Source of the DNA: Octopus bimaculoides
Taxonomy: Eukaryota
Assembly (NCBI RefSeq): GCF_001194135.2
Contig: NC_068981.1
Location: 84,613,627-84,653,608 of the forward strand
Reading direction: 5' to 3'
DNA: 39,982 nt
Shown here: positions 35,106-39,982 of the stretch, piece after piece
How the letters are laid out: every line of letters starts with the position of its first letter
Numbering within the stretch: the stretch's first letter is position 1
The notes under the pieces: model-generated
The model's input: the letters and a program-made list of their open reading frames with translations, nothing else
The model's database searches: none
What the model was told of the DNA's origin: nothing
Position numbers and translations under genes: made by a program

Positions 35106-36308
35106 CTGCGCGTATGTATGCAAGATAATTGAATCAGCATAAGATTCTATATGAAGCTCTCGAATGAACATGTATTAGATATAACCTAAACAAATTTATA
35201 GAGATGTATAAATTTATTTGTAAAGCAATTACCACGTAATCTGAAACATATTTCATACATTTCCATTTGCAGTTTTCGCTTTTTTCCATCGCTTTTGTGT
35301 ATATACATATATGTATTTGTGCACAAGAGTGTAATTGTCTGTATATGCATATATACGTTGCTATGTACATATATGAAAGCCTGTCCCCCATAAGGGCTAG
35401 CATAATATGAATCCATATGTACATATTTTGTATTGCAGTGCATCATGTTATGCTTATTTATTCACTTAACTTTCATTATGCATTATCTTCTAGCTTCTTC
35501 TATACTTCAATGGTGTGACCGTTTATTTTGAGAATGACATTGTATGTAAGGTGTGAGATGTTGTATCAGGCCACTTTGAGCATATTTGGGCTGGATATGA
35601 CCGGTTTAAATGCTAAAGGGTTTCCCTGTAAGAAAACCTGCGTAGATATTATTACAATGGTGCATAATGCCTACAAGGAAATAGAGATAACACTGTATCA
35701 TTCCAATAAATAACTAGTTTAATTAACCCTTTCTCAGTAATTCACTCTTCCAAAATTATTATAGATTAAGTCTAAGAATCACTTTCAGAAGAAACATAAT
35801 GCATTATATATTTAATTGTTTATCTCACTCCTTATTGAATATTAGAACATTATTGTGTACTGGAATGCTAACCTAACAGAACAACGTTTAATTAAATTAC
35901 ATATAGCTTATAAACATTTGATATGATCGTAGAATAGGAATAAAGTACTTGGACAAAATTATTGCAAATTATTTACTAATAATAATCACGAATAGGCAAA
36001 CTTGTCAAGTACTTATTACTTTCGATACTAAAAATAACTTTAACATTAACCACGATTGTCCATTGAAAGGACCTTTCTCAATTAATATTATGAAATTGCT
36101 AGACATAGAATTAACTTCTATTTATATTATCGAATATTCTACGAGATTGTAGTACAGCCACCACAGAATAAATATTCTACTATTATATGTAAGTGCTTTC
36201 GCTATATCGTTGATTCCAAAATAATGAATGTTACAGTATAAAATAGATTAATAAACTAATTAATCTTATTAACACGAGGTAATTTTACATCTTGTTACAC
36301 AATATCTA

Positions 36309-36500
36309 GAAGGCGCAAAGTTGGTAGACTCGTTAGCACATCGGACAAAATGCTTTGTGGAATTTCTTCCGGTTCCATATGTTCTGAGCTCAAATACCGC
36401 CGAGGTCAGCTTTGCCATCCATCTTTTCAAGGTCGATAAAATTAAATGCCAGCCAAGTACTCGGATCGATGTACTCGACTTGCCCCATCTCTCACAACTA
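36309..36500 (+). mobile_element. Family-A SINE, full length, diverged
   Basis: aaggcgcaaagttggtagactcgttagcac..gagctcaaataccgccgaggtcagctttgcc.tccatc..ggtcgataaaattaa. Confidence 0.8.
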
Positions 36501-36691
36501 ATAGCCAACATATAAACGCTGATTGAATTGATCATATTCGAAAACAGCTCGAACAAGTACTCAAACTGTGATCTTATGATTACCAGTGGTGACGCTATAA
36601 TACATTTAGATTATTAGTGATCATCTTGATGAATGTGCTGTAAAAATTCTGATAGCAGTATATGTACGGTGTAAGTATGTGTATATAATAT

Positions 36692-36776
<85 letters not shown>

Positions 36777-37214
36777 ATTCCAAAACGGATCTGGGGTTAA
36801 TGGTAATTAAGGGTTTACTCCATGCTCCCCAAAACTCCAAAGCCCATTATTCATATCAACCATGTGCATTTTTTTATCAAAATAATACCGCAGTGAATAT
36901 AATGATCGTAGTGAATAAATATAATAAATATATGTGTGTATGCATAATTAAGGATAAAATCATTATAAAAATAACGATCCTACCAGTGGCCAGCATGTAA
37001 TAAAAACCATATGCGGTTTTAGAGTTGTTTGATGTCTATTTCTAGCACGTTGGTGCTATTTCTCAGTACTCTTAATTATGCTTATACCTATATAATTATA
37101 TATCTGTATTAATTCTTATCTATATGGTTTTTATTACAGGCTGGCCACTGATAGGATCGTTACTTTTAAAATCATTTTAATACATGATTATGTATACACA
37201 TACACGTATATATT

Positions 37215-37253
<39 letters not shown>

Positions 37254-37989
37254 TTTATAAATATAGATAGACATAAAATATATATATACATTTATCTACA
37301 AATCTGTATACACACATACACACACACATATATATACATATATACATACATACATACACACACTGGTACCTGACTCTGCACACACACTAGTATCTGACTT
37401 TGTACAACACGCGCGTGCACACGTATACATATATATAGTGTTCTCGTGTGAAATAGCTGTGGCATGCAACTCGACTTCTTCGGGAGACAAATATATCGTT
37501 TCAGTAACAATATATATATATTAAGTAACTAAAACAAATGTTCATTCTGGGCTATTTTCTGATACAATCCACTACTTTTTGAAAGGTTTGTGCTATTATT
37601 TATGAAATTAGTCAGGCAGCTCTATTTGCAGCATTCCCCAATTAAAAAACACTGAAAATTTGCTAAATTCGTGGTCGCTTGTGACAAGGGAGACTTGATA
37701 ATAAAATAATATAATTTAATATATAATATAATAAAATAATATAATACAATAAAATGACTTCATACTTTTCGAAATAGGGCTTGTAAATGCTTAATAATAC
37801 AGCTTCTAACTACATACATTATATCTTACAATATTTTTTCATGATCTGAACGCCTTTTCTACCTATTTGAAGTACGGACATCTTCACACTTGAACTTATC
37901 TATTACTTATAATTATTAAGAAAATACTAGTACGCATACACAAATAAAACTATATGGTTATTCAAAGATATGAATAATGGTTTCAAATT

Positions 37990-38303
37990 TGGTACAAGGC
38001 TAGCAATTGCATTTGAGGTTTACACCGATTACCTCGACCCCTGAGTTCAAGTAGTTACTTTTTTTATCGAACCCGACAGGATGAAAGGCAAAATCGACCT
38101 TCAAGGAATTTGAACTCAGAACGTAAAGACGAACGAAATGCCGATATGCATTTTGCGTGACGTTCAAACGATTCTGCCTGCTCACCGCTCTATAAAAGTA
38201 TAAATAATACTCGACGAAATTTGAACTCAGAACATAAAATCAAACGAAAAGTCGCTAAGCATTTTTGCCTGTTGTATAAACGATTCTGCCTGTTCACTGC
38301 CTT
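37990..38303 (-). mobile_element. Family-A SINE (37990-38188) plus a second head-only copy (38205-38303)
   Basis: tttatcgaacccgacaggatgaaaggcaaaatcgacc..atttgaactcagaacgtaaagac; the head segment atttgaactcagaac..acgattctgcctg is repeated. Confidence 0.8.
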
Positions 38304-38779
38304 GGAAAGATGCAAATAGTAATTCACTGTACAAACAAAAAATGTAAGCACACAATAAGGTTTTGCTAACTTCAGTCGCAAACAAGTGCATCAGCAGAGA
38401 GATAACAAAATAAATCACCTGTACACGAACAAACATGTGCATTCTATATACACAAATAAAAACACTTTATATATATTATTCATATTTAATTGGATCGTTT
38501 TCAATAACGAAAACCAGCGCCAGACAGACAAATTCTTTGTTTCCTACATCACTAGGTTTTATATGACTTTATTCCCTGATGCTATATCAGGGAATATTGT
38601 AATGTTATAATGCTGACATCTTGGCAGAAGGCCTAACAAATCGTGTATTTAGATACCACCAGAGAACAAGGCGGCAAAAGTGGAAGATTTTGACATATTC
38701 TTTACAAACGCTTTCACTTGCTTTTCCTTACATAAATACTTATATGCATGACATAAAAATGGATGTCCATGTGAATATA

Positions 38780-38979
38780 TGTGTGTATATGTGTGTGTGT
38801 GCAAATATTTATACGTTTGTGTGTATGAGTGTGTGTGCGTACATGTGTGTACATTACTACATATCTAATTATATATGCCCATATATATATATACATATGT
38901 GTGTGTGTGTGTGTGTGTGTACACAATATATTTACACATATACGTATATATAAACATATATACATGTGTGTATACATAT

Positions 38980-39029
<50 letters not shown>

Positions 39030-39300
39030 AAATATGTACATATATGTGTGTGTGTATGTATATGTGCACACATTTATATATACAGATATAGATGTATATA
39101 CATATATCTATGTGAGTGTATACGTGTAACATATATATATATATATATATATAAAAACACACACATATAAATATATATGTATTTATTTGTGTGCGTGTGT
39201 GTACGTGTATGCATATATACAATATATACATGCATATATAAAAGATATAAATATGCATGTGTGTGTGAGTGTGTGTGCGTATGTGTGCCTCTGTCCCTGT
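38780..39300. repeat. Compound (TA)/(TG)/(CA) low-complexity block
   Basis: Direct reading. Confidence 0.9.
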
Positions 39301-39807
39301 GTCTGCGTGTGTTTTATATTCACTGGCTGTTATCCAAATAAACATCAAACACTTCCATTTTCATAGCAATCAAGTTTTTGCTTATTTCGTTTATTTGGTC
39401 TGACGCACTTTTATATTATTTCATACTGAATTAAGACGAGAGCCAGACAGACTTACTGTGTATATAATTCGATGATTTGTCGTTGATCTCTCGGAAGTGT
39501 AGGTCCGTGACGGATTAAGCAACGAACAGATGATGTTTCCTGGTTCTCGTTCCGACACTGTGGGTAACGGATTAGACAAGTAGTGAGAGTCTAGTCGTTG
39601 CTGTTATTTTTATTCTTTTATTCATTTTCGTTTATTACATTCTTTTTCCAGTTCAGTATTGCACCTACTTTATCAGTGTATGATAAAAAGACAGACGTTA
39701 AGTAATATTAGTTTTAAAAAAACGGAATCAGTAAAGAAAGGAACTGTGCAGAAAGTCTATCTTTCATTTATCTTTTCTTTATCACTTTGTTATACAGCAT
39801 GCATGCT

Positions 39808-39982
39808 TTACTCTTTTACTCTTTTACTTGTTTCAGTCATTTGACTGCGGCCATGCTGGAGCACCGCCTTTAGTCGAGCAAATCGACCCCGGGACTTATT
39901 CTTTGTAAGCCTAGTACTTATTCTATCGGTCTCTTTTGCCGAACTGCTAAGTGACGGGGACATAAAAACACCAGCATCGATT
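39808..39982 (-). mobile_element. Family-B SINE 3' half, young, runs off the window end
   Basis: Nearly identical to 20340-20515 (actcttttacttgtttcagtcatttgactg.ggccatgctggagcaccgcctttagtcgagcaaatcga..). Confidence 0.9.

Noticed and set aside
10096-36500. tRNA genes
   Set aside because: All A/B-box motifs seen are SINE heads without a complete cloverleaf.
38570-38596. 11-bp perfect hairpin tattccctgat-gctat-atcagggaata
   Set aside because: Too short and isolated; expected occasionally in 40 kb of AT-rich DNA.

Overview
AT-rich eukaryotic genomic DNA from a gapped short-read assembly (nine N-runs, most abutting microsatellites). The SINE families and extreme (TA)n/(CA)n/(TACA)n/(AAT)n density suggest an octopod cephalopod (inference; not database-checked). 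No intact host gene is supported, and almost all ORFs in the track are artefacts of microsatellites or gaps. The window is a transposon graveyard: a deleted Tx1-type LINE joined to a decayed Tc1 (DD34E) element, a LINE-like 3' end with two C2H2 fingers, a hAT MITE with an 8-bp TSD, six fragments of restriction-like-endonuclease (RLE) non-LTR retrotransposons (two R4/Dong-like, one HERO-like, three copies of one family) and many tRNA-derived SINEs of at least four families. Two observations stand out. (1) All three differently 5'-truncated copies of one RLE family sit in (CATA)n microsatellites in the same polarity with an identical 3' junction, suggesting tetranucleotide-repeat target specificity. 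(2) Four hammerhead-ribozyme-like cores (CUGAnGA...GAAA) cluster in 27.2-30.4 kb, two of them in the arms of a ~190-bp palindrome.
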